64,000 nt of DNA from Eledone cirrhosa. Taxonomy: Eukaryota. The stretch covers positions 42,904,001 through 42,968,000 of the forward strand of contig OZ024747.1 in NCBI GenBank assembly GCA_964016885.1, read 5' to 3'. A program made the position numbers and the translations under genes. Shown here one piece after another: positions 63,866-64,000 of this stretch (positions within the stretch are counted from its first letter, which is position 1; each line of letters opens with the position of its first letter). A model generated the notes under the pieces. It was not told where the DNA came from. It made no database searches and was given only the letters and a program-made list of their open reading frames with translations.

Positions 63866-63915
63866 CCATTACGAGCTGAGGATACGCTAAGGTGAAACAA
63901 TTGTTCTCGGTATGG
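63866..63915 (+). ncRNA. Candidate minimal type I hammerhead ribozyme with intact core
   Basis: CCATTACGAG-CTGAGGA-T-ACGCTAAGGT-GAAA-CAATTG-TT-CTCGGTATGG. Stem I is CGAG/CTCG plus CCAT/ATGG. The core CUGANGA is at 63876-63882 and GAAA at 63894-63897. Stem III is palindromic and the cleavage triplet is GUU (63903-63905). Stem II is weak (2 bp plus a G-G mismatch). Confidence 0.62.
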
Positions 63916-63939
63916 TGAACTAACTGTTGTGTTACCACT

Positions 63940-63943
63940 TATA

Positions 63944-63974
<31 letters not shown>
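63940..63974. repeat. (TA)n microsatellite
   Basis: Seen directly. Confidence 0.92.
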
Positions 63975-64000
63975 TTAAAAGTTAAACAAGGTTCAATGAA

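Overview
Eukaryotic, gene-poor DNA; the repeat families resemble, from recollection only, those of octopus/cephalopod genomes. About 52.3 kb (3610-55937) is one head-to-tail array of a 27-bp G-rich monomer (consensus TCTAAATCTGGGATAGGGAGTAGTGGT, about 1,940 units by length/27). It has nested internal duplications (periods about 0.32, 0.51, 0.97, 1.16, 1.54, 1.7, 4.29 and 4.45 kb), region-specific monomer variants and two short fold-back inversions. The many SKSGIGSSG / PDLEPLLPI / YPRFRTTTP ORFs are by-products of the 27-bp period, not genes. The flanks are AT-rich transposon debris: a LINE 3' end with C2H2-like fingers, several copies of a tRNA-derived SINE, hAT-, piggyBac- and Tc1/mariner-type MITEs with visible TIRs and TSDs, and many microsatellites. 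The most unexpected signal is a cluster of minimal hammerhead-ribozyme-like motifs of the Penelope/retrozyme type in the last 4 kb. One of them (63866-63915) keeps an intact catalytic core. I can support no intact host gene, and I do not claim a new biological system beyond these candidates.
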